IMG/VR virus record: IMGVR_UViG_3300009510_000002
From: a virus
Length of the DNA stretch: 64,000 bases
Strand: one strand, 5' to 3'
Below are positions 18,056-27,145 of this stretch, one piece after another. Numbering within the stretch: the first letter of the stretch is position 1; each line of letters starts with the position of its first letter. Below the pieces are notes generated by a model that had not been told where the DNA came from, searched no databases, and was given only the letters and a program-made list of their open reading frames with translations. Both the position numbers and the translations under genes were made by a program.

Positions 18056-18454
18056 TTAAGCGGTTGTGTTATTAGTGGTTCCAGAAACGACAGAATTGTC
18101 AACAGGTACTTGTGGTACTGGAGCTACGTTAGGTTCAGGTTCGGGCGTGGGGTTGGTGGCGGTGGAAGCAACATCGGTAGCAGTAGATGCGGTGGGATCT
18201 TCTGTAGATACCGTCGTCTCTTGAGGTGGTTCTGGTGCTGCCGCGATCGCACTAGAACTAGAGCTATCATCAGGTAGTGTAGGAGAAGTTTCTACAGTAG
18301 CTACATCTTCATTTTCACCACCTTCATCTTCATCACCACCATAATATTCTTCAGTGGTGGTAGTACGGCTATGGCTTTCAGTCTCTACAGTTACGACTTT
18401 TTTACGCTCTAATGCTGGAGCGTCGGGGTTACTAAAATCTGGGTTGTTAGACAT
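18056..18454 (-). CDS. hypothetical low-complexity acidic S/T/P-rich protein
   Basis: 132-aa ORF with biased composition. No overlapping alternative ORF in the track. Confidence 0.45.
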   Translation of the reverse strand: MSNNPDFSNPDAPALERKKVVTVETESHSRTTTTEEYYGGDEDEGGENEDVATVETSPTLPDDSSSSSAIAAAPEPPQETTVSTEDPTASTATDVASTATNPTPEPEPNVAPVPQVPVDNSVVSGTTNNTTA

Positions 18455-18597
18455 GGCGATCGCCTTTTATAACTAGAGAACAAACATTTTTGGTAGTACC
18501 ACCAAAAATGTAACTAATTTTTTAGCGATCGCCAAGCTATAATTTAGCTTATGCCCATTCTGTGGACATCTCAAAGGTTAGATTTCATCAATTGAAG

Positions 18598-18627
18598 CAC
18601 CTACCTATTACTTGGTAGGTGTTTTTG
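18598..18627 (+). terminator. orphan + strand terminator CACCTACC/GGTAGGTG plus TTTTTG
   Basis: No + strand CDS lies upstream. A GCGATCGC..TATAAT box sits at 18524-18543. Confidence 0.5.
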
Positions 18628-18630
18628 CTG

Positions 18631-18864
18631 TCAACTACCATTTCTTGTTTTTCCCCGTAGCTGTTTGTTCACCAACACTTTGTTATACTCCTCAGCCATA
18701 GCTCCTAGTCCTTTTGCAAGAACTAACCTATAGAACTCCGCCCTGGTATATCCTTGGGCCTCAGCCATTTCGTGGATCTCTCCAAGGAGGGGTGTTGGGA
18801 CGGAAAAGCTAATCTTGGTCATACCTCCCTTTTTTTCTTGCTCTAGCTCTTGGTCTTCAGTCAT
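18631..18864 (-). CDS. ribbon-helix-helix (CopG/Arc-like) DNA-binding protein
   Basis: KISFSVPTPLLGEIHEMAEAQGYTRAEFYRLVLAKGL fits the beta-strand, helix, helix RHH pattern. Confidence 0.6.
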   Translation of the reverse strand: MTEDQELEQEKKGGMTKISFSVPTPLLGEIHEMAEAQGYTRAEFYRLVLAKGLGAMAEEYNKVLVNKQLRGKTRNGS

Positions 18865-19002
18865 TTGTTTTTCTCCTTAGCTTACGTTTACCCTACATAT
18901 TCCCCACAGCCCCCACACAGAATCTATAGTGTATGCTGTAGAGTATATCCCATCTTTTTGGGAATCTACCAGAGGGAAAGTTGAGGAAGGGCACAATAAA
19001 TT

Positions 19003-19230
19003 ATGACACCACAGCAGTACGCGGAAAAATATGGATTAGCCCCAGAAAAAGTTTCTGAGGAAATAGCGATAGACCTTGGATCGTACTTTCGTTACAACTC
19101 ACGGGGAAAACGTAGGCGGACACCGTCCCCGCAGATTTTAACTATTTGTCAATTACTGGATTTTATTCGCCAGAACGGACTTGAGCCACCAACACCAACT
19201 ATCCCCGACCGGCGGACGTTGACTTTATAA
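19003..19230 (+). CDS. hypothetical protein
   Basis: 75-aa ORF divergent from the RHH gene. Confidence 0.45.
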   Translation: MTPQQYAEKYGLAPEKVSEEIAIDLGSYFRYNSRGKRRRTPSPQILTICQLLDFIRQNGLEPPTPTIPDRRTLTL

Positions 19231-19486
19231 TTTCACGATTTTACTATGCTTTTGAAGGGACATATGGTGAGAATTGTCCACGCAAAACCCTTGAAATACC
19301 GTTCCTTTTTGGCAGTTTACAAGGTTTTTGTCACATTTTTAGCCAAAAAAGACTGTCTCACCATATGTCCAAACCCATACACCAAGTTAGGTTCAAGGAT
19401 TATGACACGGAAAATGCCTATTGTCCCCCAGGGGGTGAAAGCGATCGCCTAAAGTAAAATTCCAGCTAGAAAAATCCGTTCTGCGA

Positions 19487-19942
19487 TTGGAATATGAACG
19501 TGTATTAGGCACGAATATCTCGGACAAAACGTGGAGACGGGTTAAGCGGGATTGGGCGATTGAAGACCAAGACGAAACTACTACCAAGCTATTTCCGTTG
19601 GTGGGGGCGATCGCTAGTCTTAGGAAACTCAATCCCAAAAAAAGAATCAAGGGAATAGATGTGGTAGTCTACACCACAATTTCCCAGAATTTACCAAGGC
19701 TCACCTGCAATGGTGTACAGCTGTACGAAGCTTTGCAGAGATTAAACCCACAACCGAGTGTGAAGACCCTTTACCGCTGGGGAATTAACATCGGAGTTCC
19801 TCTGAGAAAAAGCAAATCAGTTGTCTACACACCACAGCAGATACAGCAATGGGTGCAGAAGATAAGTTCACAAACGAGGTTTAAATTTAATGAACGACAA
19901 GCTAACCAAGTTAAAAACGATGCTCAAAGGGCATCAAATTGA
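19487..19942 (+). CDS. hypothetical protein
   Basis: 151-aa ORF. The competing antisense ORF 19393..19650 is less protein-like. Confidence 0.5.
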   Translation: MEYERVLGTNISDKTWRRVKRDWAIEDQDETTTKLFPLVGAIASLRKLNPKKRIKGIDVVVYTTISQNLPRLTCNGVQLYEALQRLNPQPSVKTLYRWGINIGVPLRKSKSVVYTPQQIQQWVQKISSQTRFKFNERQANQVKNDAQRASN

Positions 19943-20405
19943 AATGTCTGATGAGCAGTTGACTGCTTTCGTCAGGGGAAACGGTAAAAACCCCGAAAAG
20001 TTAACCGATGCTGTGGTTACAGCTTTGGTGAATATTGCGATCGCCCAAAAAGGCAGTATTGTTTCTTCGTCTCAGCAGTCAGAATTAGCCAGCAGTGAAG
20101 AGGGTCAAAAGGCAGCCCCGGTGGAACCCCCCAAGAGTGAATATTGCGAACCATCAAACTTCCAAGACGCGATCGCTAATATGGGTGGTCAAGTTTCTAA
20201 AGAAGTTACGGAACTGACTAACCCAATTATTAAAGGTGCAAAAGATTATGCTCAAGGAAGAGCTATGGAGACACTGCAAGTAATAGCAGATGTCCCTAAT
20301 CTTGTGGGACGGATAATTATTGAAAATGCTGCTGAGTACAAAGGCAATCCAGATGCCTTTCGCACAGCGGGTAGAGCAATTAGTAAGGGAATCTTCGGTA
20401 ATTAA
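19890..20405 (+). CDS. hypothetical protein
   Basis: 171-aa ORF. Confidence 0.5.
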   Translation: MNDKLTKLKTMLKGHQIEMSDEQLTAFVRGNGKNPEKLTDAVVTALVNIAIAQKGSIVSSSQQSELASSEEGQKAAPVEPPKSEYCEPSNFQDAIANMGGQVSKEVTELTNPIIKGAKDYAQGRAMETLQVIADVPNLVGRIIIENAAEYKGNPDAFRTAGRAISKGIFGN

Positions 20406-20473
20406 TCCTCACCCTTGGATGGCAGTTGTTGCCATCTTATTTCAACTCATTGGAATTAGTGTTTTGGTAGGTT

Positions 20474-20845
20474 ATGCAATTATCGAATCAGGAACAGGAA
20501 GTCAAACAACAACAAACACAGAGTTTTACCCCTCAGTCACCACCAGTACCTCCACCACGACAACTGGAATTTACACTCCAACCCAATGGCGGAGTAAAAT
20601 TCGTCGGTACCGCCGACACCGAAAGTATTAGGGACCTACTAGACCAAGCTTACTTAATTCAAAGGCGGCATCTTGAACAGGAAAGATTGCTTTCCTCAAT
20701 GAATAATTGGGTGCTAATTTTCTATGGATTTATAGTTTTCGGACTAGCGATCGCTATCCTCGCCACATTAGGAAATATATACAACCACAACAACCATGAG
20801 TCTCGCATCAATCTTCCAAGGAATGGGATCATTCGAGTCGGGTAA
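20474..20845 (+). CDS. hypothetical protein with C-terminal transmembrane helix
   Basis: WVLIFYGFIVFGLAIAILATLG hydrophobic segment. Preferred over the overlapping frame 20320..20631. Confidence 0.5.
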   Translation: MQLSNQEQEVKQQQTQSFTPQSPPVPPPRQLEFTLQPNGGVKFVGTADTESIRDLLDQAYLIQRRHLEQERLLSSMNNWVLIFYGFIVFGLAIAILATLGNIYNHNNHESRINLPRNGIIRVG

Positions 20846-21239
20846 CGAGTTCGGTTATGGGACTGAATCAGTTACCAGAGTCAACCAAGCGGCCAAGAAT
20901 ACCTTACGTCAACTTGGTTCATTGCCTGCTGGTGTAAGTGTTAGTACAGTTCTGCAACGGGCAAAAGCACATGGTGCATCAAGGGAGCAGAATTATTTGA
21001 TGGGGAAATTAATTGGACACAATACGGGGATAGCCACTGCATTAGTTGAGCGATACGAGGACGCTGTTAATTATTCAAAAAAGATGATGGAGCTAGAGCA
21101 GCGAGTACATCAACTTGACGGGCAACACCAAATTAATGTTGGACGTTACAAGCTAGATCGGGCAGAGCAAAAAGCTTTAGTCAGTGGACACCAAAGACAA
21201 TTACAGATCGCCGAAAACATTTTTTCTGCGAGGGACTAA
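20796..21239 (+). CDS. hypothetical protein
   Basis: 147-aa ORF. Confidence 0.5.
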   Translation: MSLASIFQGMGSFESGNEFGYGTESVTRVNQAAKNTLRQLGSLPAGVSVSTVLQRAKAHGASREQNYLMGKLIGHNTGIATALVERYEDAVNYSKKMMELEQRVHQLDGQHQINVGRYKLDRAEQKALVSGHQRQLQIAENIFSARD

Positions 21240-21523
21240 TGGATAAAGACTTCTTTTTTCATTTGAGTCTGGTTGGTATCGGGTTTATCATGTTCCAGAT
21301 TTTAGGATTTGGGATGGCGGGGTATGGTCTTGGTTTTGTTCTATTAGGTGCTTTAGGTGGTGTTCTTATTTGGCTTGTTGGTTACATCAATAAATGTGGC
21401 ATGGCAGCCAGAAATGGTGGGTACATCGAACCTAGTCAAATCACAATTGCCTACGCACCTTCCATTGTTTTCGGGTCACTAGCAGTTATAGCGATCGCCA
21501 TTGGTGTTTATGTTTGGCAATAA
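21239..21523 (+). CDS. small integral membrane protein (about 3 TM)
   Basis: Almost entirely hydrophobic/Gly-rich segments. TAATG overlap with the previous gene. Confidence 0.6.
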   Translation: MDKDFFFHLSLVGIGFIMFQILGFGMAGYGLGFVLLGALGGVLIWLVGYINKCGMAARNGGYIEPSQITIAYAPSIVFGSLAVIAIAIGVYVWQ

Positions 21524-22961
21524 TTTCAAACACAGAGTTGAAAAATATAAACTCCAAATTATTCTAGAACGGGGACTAGTTTGGGGGTTCTTAATCTGCG
21601 CCCTTGGAGGATCGACAATCCCCGTTATTTTCCACAACCAGTCTAGGTTTAGCAAACTGGTTGAAATGGTTGGGGGACTGGGAAATGCGATCGCCCTATC
21701 GGCCAGTTTGTATTTCCGCCAATCAGATGAAGAGATGTTCCAGTCTTTGGAGAAAGCAAAGACACACCTTGATAGGGAATATCTCAAATCTGAGTTGGTC
21801 AACGATGCCAACAAAATTAAAGTTGACGGTGACAGGCAGTTTGCGGGGAGAATTATTGACCAAGTGCCTGAATATGAGTATCCCCGCTGGGTAGAAACAT
21901 TTGGGCTACATGGATTAATCCCACTGTCATCGAGCAAACCTGATTTTGATGTACAGCTAGAAGATGGGACGGTAGTAAATGTACAAGATTTGCCAGAAAC
22001 CGTCCAATACAATGATCCGCGCGATAATATCTCCGACGACTGGATTAAGTATCTTGTAGCTGGGATGGCTCACCCGGACCCTGAAAAGCGAACGGATCAT
22101 CATTTTAAAGTTGACGGTCCGTCTCAAACAGGGAAATCAACTCTAATTAGCTACATTTTGTTTGGGTTAAATCAAGCATCTCAAAATCACGGTGGTAAAC
22201 TTTACGTCAACTTGATTGACCCCAAATATCCTGAAACTAATTGGATAATTGAGCCTAGCTTTACTGGATACGAGCAAGTAAAAGCCGGAGTAGAAACGGC
22301 TTTTCAAGAATTAAAAAGACGGAAAAACGTGCGGGTTGCAGACAAGCGATCGCACAAACCGCGAACGGTATTCCCCGACTACGTCTGCATTGTAGATGAA
22401 TGGGACAATATTTATAGTGAAGGTAACGGATATGATGGTAAGATATTAGACAAGAATGATGTAGCAGCTATTCGCTCTCAAATTTTAATTATCCTTAAGG
22501 AAGGTGCTGCCTACAATATTAGGCTAATCCTAATTGGGCAATCAGCTAATAGAGAATCACATGGTTTTAGCCATAGCCAGCTAAGGTCAACAACTCGGAT
22601 TACTTTAGGTATTGAAGCTTTACAATGGACAAAAAACTCTGAGTTTCCTTGGAAAGACATTGCAGAGAACCTACGGAAAGAGTTAACCTACTGGATTAGC
22701 AAAAAACAAAGATGTGCTTTAGTCTGTCCAAATATGGGTGTTCCCTATGTAGCTCCCATACCCAAGATAAAAATCAATGCCCCGCAAGATGCCAATAGTA
22801 ATATTCCAGAGTGGGAATTAATTGTTGGGCAATGGATTAAGGATTTGGGGCGACGACCGACAATTGATGAGTTAAAACCAATTGTCCAAGAACATACTAA
22901 TGCATCATTCTCAGACGAAGAAATAAAGATTATCATCAATCATTTTTGCGGGGAGGAATAA
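21501..22961 (+). CDS. FtsK/SpoIIIE-like P-loop ATPase
   Basis: Walker A GPSQTGKST, Walker B YVCIVDEWDN, FtsK-like GAAYNIRLILIGQSA. Start uncertain (TTG at 21501 or ATG at 21510). Confidence 0.65.
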   Translation: MVFMFGNNFKHRVEKYKLQIILERGLVWGFLICALGGSTIPVIFHNQSRFSKLVEMVGGLGNAIALSASLYFRQSDEEMFQSLEKAKTHLDREYLKSELVNDANKIKVDGDRQFAGRIIDQVPEYEYPRWVETFGLHGLIPLSSSKPDFDVQLEDGTVVNVQDLPETVQYNDPRDNISDDWIKYLVAGMAHPDPEKRTDHHFKVDGPSQTGKSTLISYILFGLNQASQNHGGKLYVNLIDPKYPETNWIIEPSFTGYEQVKAGVETAFQELKRRKNVRVADKRSHKPRTVFPDYVCIVDEWDNIYSEGNGYDGKILDKNDVAAIRSQILIILKEGAAYNIRLILIGQSANRESHGFSHSQLRSTTRITLGIEALQWTKNSEFPWKDIAENLRKELTYWISKKQRCALVCPNMGVPYVAPIPKIKINAPQDANSNIPEWELIVGQWIKDLGRRPTIDELKPIVQEHTNASFSDEEIKIIINHFCGEE

Positions 22962-22963
22962 TT

Positions 22964-23170
22964 ATGCGCTACAGAGATAGGCTAGTACCTTGGTCTGTAT
23001 TTTCATTGAACAACACTGGTGAATGGGCGATCGCTAGTCAACAACGTAATCGAGAAGATGCGATCGCCTACGGAAACATTCTTCTAAGACAAGGCGTACG
23101 GAGGGTTAAATTAATTAACTCAGAAACCTTGGAAGAGAAACTACTTAATTCAGATTTAGACGCTGCTTAA
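22964..23170 (+). CDS. hypothetical protein
   Basis: ATG preceded by GGGGAGGAATAATT. Confidence 0.5.
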   Translation: MRYRDRLVPWSVFSLNNTGEWAIASQQRNREDAIAYGNILLRQGVRRVKLINSETLEEKLLNSDLDAA

Positions 23171-23187
23171 TTTAGGAGGAGAATAAC

Positions 23188-23397
23188 ATGGACGTAATAT
23201 TTGCATCAGTTTTAATTTTAAGTGTCCCATTTGGAGGAGCCGGGATGCTGTTTTGGCTGGGTAGAGAATCCTACCTTCAAGAGAGGAAGGCGATTTTACA
23301 AAGACAACAGCTGTCAAGGGATTGGAACCTGACCGTAAATTCAACAGCTTCACCATCTACAAATCACCCAGAAATGCAGGAGCTAAATAAAAATTAA
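23188..23397 (+). CDS. small membrane protein (1 TM)
   Basis: N-terminal hydrophobic helix VIFASVLILSVPFGGAGMLFWLG. SD AGGAGGAG upstream. Confidence 0.55.
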   Translation: MDVIFASVLILSVPFGGAGMLFWLGRESYLQERKAILQRQQLSRDWNLTVNSTASPSTNHPEMQELNKN

Positions 23398-23912
23398 TGG
23401 GATTTTTTAAATCAACATTGGCATTTATTAAATTCCTAGCCCTTGGATTTGGTATGGCGATGGTTTGGTACGATACTGGACTATCAAGGGGCTGGATAGC
23501 ACACAACTTTCACCTTGATAAGTTGTTTTGGAATTTTTCATGGATATTTGCTTTTACTTCTGCGATCGTAGTTCTGTCATTTGGGGCGATCATTACATTT
23601 CCATATAGCTGGCATTTTGTTGTAACCGGTGGCAGAAGGCTAGCGGCAGTTGGTGATGATACAGAAAGAAAATTCTATATTGGGGGGATTTGTCTGTTGG
23701 TTGCCTTTCTGGCTGCTAATTTATGGTTCTTCTATGAAATTGACATTTTGTCAACTTACGAAAAAACCCATAATTGGTATATTACCACTGCGATTGTTTT
23801 CGCACCAGATTTACTTTTTCTACTTGCCAACGCACTTGAATTTATCATCAATTCTCAAGGCGGAGAATCTGGTGGGGCAAGAGGTGGTAAAGGCAGATCT
23901 TACGACAATTAA
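23397..23912 (+). CDS. integral membrane protein (about 4 TM)
   Basis: Four hydrophobic segments, Gly-rich C-terminus. TAATG coupling to the previous gene. Confidence 0.6.
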   Translation: MGFFKSTLAFIKFLALGFGMAMVWYDTGLSRGWIAHNFHLDKLFWNFSWIFAFTSAIVVLSFGAIITFPYSWHFVVTGGRRLAAVGDDTERKFYIGGICLLVAFLAANLWFFYEIDILSTYEKTHNWYITTAIVFAPDLLFLLANALEFIINSQGGESGGARGGKGRSYDN

Positions 23913-23977
23913 CAATTGACAATTTAATTTGTCTGTTGTAAGATTTAAAACATCCAAGTTAGTTCAAAAGGAAAAAC

Positions 23978-24292
23978 ATGCTACAACTCAAAGTCACAGA
24001 AAAAGAAAATTACACTTTAGTAGAAACACAAAAAAATGATAAGCCAACGGGGCAAATTAACCCTGTTCAGCTATCTGATTATTCAGATATTGAATTCCCG
24101 CAAATACGTGGTGAAATTTTAGTAATATCTGGTATGCCAACAACAGCTACTGGTATTATTGCGCTTTACTACAAAGCGTATTTTAAAGTAATCACATTTT
24201 ACAATCCTCGCGAGAAAAATGCTGAGGTAGCTTATTCAATTAATCCCAACATTCGATTAGGTCAGTCCGTTGAGATTGAACCTGTTGAATAA
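23978..24292 (+). CDS. hypothetical protein
   Basis: 104-aa ORF. Confidence 0.5.
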   Translation: MLQLKVTEKENYTLVETQKNDKPTGQINPVQLSDYSDIEFPQIRGEILVISGMPTTATGIIALYYKAYFKVITFYNPREKNAEVAYSINPNIRLGQSVEIEPVE

Positions 24293-24365
24293 GTTAAATT
24301 TTGCATATAACTCTTTAAAACGATCGCCCTCAATGGTGGTCGTTTTTCTTTAGGAGAAAAGGTAA

Positions 24366-25346
24366 ATGGATTTAAGAGTAGATTATGACTATTATATAGT
24401 TGCCTTCAGTGGGGGAAAGGATTCTCTAGCCTGTTTACTGCATCTGCTAGAGATTGGAGTACCCAAGTCCAAAATCGAGTTGTGGCATCATGAAGTAGAC
24501 GGTAGAGAAGGGTCAGATTTATTTGACTGGCCATGTACCACAGGGTATGTAAGAGCGATCGCGGCTCACTTTGAAATTCCTCTTTACTTTAGTTGGAGAC
24601 AAGGGGGGTTAGAAGGGGAAATGATGCGCGATAATACCCCAACCGCTGCCGTTAGCTTTGAAACCCCACACGGATTAGTAAATAGTGGAGGTAAAAGTAA
24701 TCATTTAGGGACTAGATTACAATTTCCTCAAACTTCAGCTAATTTAGCTGTACGTTGGTGTTCTTCTTATGCGAAAATATCAGTAATGGATGTGGGAATA
24801 GCTCATCAATCTAGATTCAGAAATTCCCGAATTTTAGTAATCACTGGTGAGCGCAGGGAAGAATCTACCAATCGGTCAAAATATGCTGAATTTGAGCCTC
24901 ACCGAAAACACTGTCAAATACGCCATGTAGACCACTGGCGACCAGTAATTGACTGGGAAGAACAAGAGGTATGGGGTATTATCAAAAGGTGGTCTGTGGT
25001 ACCACACCCGGCATATAAATTAGGATGGGGAAGAACATCATGTTTCCTGTGTATTTTCTCCTCCAACGACCAATTAGCATCGGCTTGGAAAGTGGCACCA
25101 CATAGGGTTCTCCGAATCGCTGCCTATGAAAAGTGTTTTGGGAAAACCATTAGCTTTAAAAAAGTAAAAGGTAAGGTTGTCCAAGTATCGGTACTAGACA
25201 GAGTCGCGGATGGTACACCTTTTGAAATGAATGAAGATGATATTGCTCAAGCCATGAGTAGTGATTGGTATTCACCTATTACAGTACCTCCAGAGGAATG
25301 GCAGTTACCTTTGGGGGCTTATGGTGATTCTGCTGGACCAAGTTAA
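24366..25346 (+). CDS. PAPS reductase-like PP-loop ATPase
   Basis: PP-loop motif VAFSGGKDSLA near the N-terminus. Size and Cys pattern are typical of phage PAPS-reductase/DndC-like proteins. Confidence 0.7.
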   Translation: MDLRVDYDYYIVAFSGGKDSLACLLHLLEIGVPKSKIELWHHEVDGREGSDLFDWPCTTGYVRAIAAHFEIPLYFSWRQGGLEGEMMRDNTPTAAVSFETPHGLVNSGGKSNHLGTRLQFPQTSANLAVRWCSSYAKISVMDVGIAHQSRFRNSRILVITGERREESTNRSKYAEFEPHRKHCQIRHVDHWRPVIDWEEQEVWGIIKRWSVVPHPAYKLGWGRTSCFLCIFSSNDQLASAWKVAPHRVLRIAAYEKCFGKTISFKKVKGKVVQVSVLDRVADGTPFEMNEDDIAQAMSSDWYSPITVPPEEWQLPLGAYGDSAGPS

Positions 25347-25385
25347 TTCAACCAAACAAGCAAGCAAGCAAGCAAGGACAAAACC

Positions 25386-26396
25386 ATGACTAGTAGAATT
25401 GAGAAAATCCAATCAGACTTACAAGAGATGTGCGATCGCGGTTTAGATTTCTTAGAAGAATTAGGAGCACACACAATAGAAACCGGATTAGACCCCGACT
25501 CTCTACTCTTGTCAAACATCGAGTTGATGGTTCAAAAGTTCAGGAGAGCAATGGTTATTGAAGAAATGAAGTCTTTGGGAGGGATGGAGTTAAGATGGCG
25601 ATACAATGGAGAGGAAATGTGGCGAAAAGAACGCCATATACCTATAAATATTCCAAGCGATACTACTTGGATTACCTACGTAGTTGTACATAGTAGTTCC
25701 CCAAAAGAAGTATCGGCAGTTCAAGGGTCCGCTATTTTAGCTTCATCTGATATCAACAGCAAAGATGCATGGATACAAGCTGCTAACAAATGGGAAAAGA
25801 AGCCCAACATTAGAGAACAATTCAAGCTAATTCAACAAAATTGGATGCAAATTGAGCGCTTGAGAAGTTACTTGGAATCAAAAAATGAACTGGGAAAGTA
25901 TGGCAAAAATGGAGCCAAGGCTTTTGAAGAACTTGCTCAGGAGATAGAATCAGGAGAATCCTACATTAGTTGGGTTGAAGTTGAAGATTATTCGTACTAC
26001 CCTCGCCGCCATGTAACGGTAGTAAACATAGAAGTTCATTGCACAGAGTTAGGTAAAATACTGTACGAGGACCGTCAAATATTTGCAGACGGTACTGTAA
26101 AACAACGTGGATTTAGTTGGGTTTCAGAAAAAATGAGTCCAGTAGATCACAATAACCCTTACTTTACAGCCAGTAGGGCGTTGAAAGAAGAACTAAACTT
26201 ACCAAATGATGGGTTTAGTTTCTTTGATGATCAGCCGATAATAAAGGAAACTACTAGCGATGATTCTTCCAGTTATCCGGGAATTCTCTCGATCTATGAA
26301 CTTCACACCATAAAGGTGGATTTGAAAGCAGAGTATTTCCAAGATGAATACAGGGAAGTTCAAGCGACTAAAACTACCGTTTTTAAATGGAGATGA
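25386..26396 (+). CDS. hypothetical protein (weak, degenerate Nudix-box-like segment near C-terminus)
   Basis: 336-aa ORF. GFSWVSE...ASRALKEELNL only loosely matches GX5EX7REUXEEXGU and carries an insertion. Confidence 0.55.
   Translation: MTSRIEKIQSDLQEMCDRGLDFLEELGAHTIETGLDPDSLLLSNIELMVQKFRRAMVIEEMKSLGGMELRWRYNGEEMWRKERHIPINIPSDTTWITYVVVHSSSPKEVSAVQGSAILASSDINSKDAWIQAANKWEKKPNIREQFKLIQQNWMQIERLRSYLESKNELGKYGKNGAKAFEELAQEIESGESYISWVEVEDYSYYPRRHVTVVNIEVHCTELGKILYEDRQIFADGTVKQRGFSWVSEKMSPVDHNNPYFTASRALKEELNLPNDGFSFFDDQPIIKETTSDDSSSYPGILSIYELHTIKVDLKAEYFQDEYREVQATKTTVFKWR
26350..26393 (+). repeat. direct repeat copy 1 (44 nt) at the 3' end of gene 25386..26396
   Basis: ACAGGGAAGTTCAAGCGACTAAAACTACCGTTTTTAAATGGAGA. 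40/44 identical to 26762-26805. Confidence 0.85.
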
Positions 26397-26728
26397 GCAT
26401 GGGATTGGAATCGTTAGCCAACAGTAAAATGTATTTGTTAGCACTAGAACACATTAAACATTGTTTGAATGAGGAGGAAAAAAGAGATTTAGCAGAGATC
26501 GAAAAAATATTCTCCTATTACGAAGAAGAAAAAGCCATTGAATTAGTTGAGACATGGATGTCAAATAAACCACATTTACTTGCTCCTTTCGCTGTAGAGC
26601 TAGAAAAGTTAGGTAATTTAAGTGGAAATGCCAAACTTCTTTTGGTTTCTTCTTTCATAAAGTCAACAGGATCGATAGTAACTGCTCATCATTTTACCCG
26701 CCATTTTGACATATCACCACCCACCTGA
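26387..26728 (+). CDS. hypothetical protein (gene bracketed by 44-nt direct repeats)
   Basis: 113-aa ORF lying between the two repeat copies. Confidence 0.5.
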   Translation: MEMSMGLESLANSKMYLLALEHIKHCLNEEEKRDLAEIEKIFSYYEEEKAIELVETWMSNKPHLLAPFAVELEKLGNLSGNAKLLLVSSFIKSTGSIVTAHHFTRHFDISPPT

Positions 26729-26761
26729 CATATTTGGCTTGGTGATAATTCTTCGCCGAAA

Positions 26762-26805
26762 ACAGGGAAGTTCAAGCGACAAAGACTACAGTTTTTAAGT
26801 GGAGA
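26762..26805 (+). repeat. direct repeat copy 2 (44 nt)
   Basis: ACAGGGAAGTTCAAGCGACAAAGACTACAGTTTTTAAGTGGAGA. Would encode the same peptide, REVQATKTTVFKWR. Confidence 0.85.
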
Positions 26806-26822
26806 GAACAAGGTGGGGAACA

Positions 26823-27041
26823 ATGATCAAATTTAAAGTTGAAATTGGTGATGAAAATACAGAATATACAACATCATCAATTACCAAAGATACCGCAATT
26901 GATCTGCTAGCAGTAGCAATAATTGTGCTTAATCTTACTCATGCCCCTAAATGGCATATAGAAGTATGGGACGGAGATGAAATTATTTGGAACGAAGGCA
27001 AATCAGATGATGATTCTTTAACTAACACACATTTTTCTTAA
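26823..27041 (+). CDS. hypothetical protein
   Basis: ATG preceded by AAGGTGGGG. The ORF-track start at 26799 is GTG inside the repeat. Confidence 0.5.
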   Translation: MIKFKVEIGDENTEYTTSSITKDTAIDLLAVAIIVLNLTHAPKWHIEVWDGDEIIWNEGKSDDDSLTNTHFS

Positions 27042-27145
27042 GTAACATAGAAGTGCGATCGCTATCATCACAAATTTACAAAAGATGAATAGCGATCGCC
27101 CTACCAATCCCCACAACTTACCAGTTCCCACTCAACATAATTCCT

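Noticed and set aside
20320-20631. Programmed frameshift linking the TM-encoding frame (in-frame ATG at 20419 within track ORF 20320..20631) to 20474..20845
   Set aside because: Three frames overlap in a low-complexity ACA/CCA-rich stretch, but I see no slippery heptamer or stimulatory structure. One real gene (20474..20845) plus chance ORFs is the simpler explanation.
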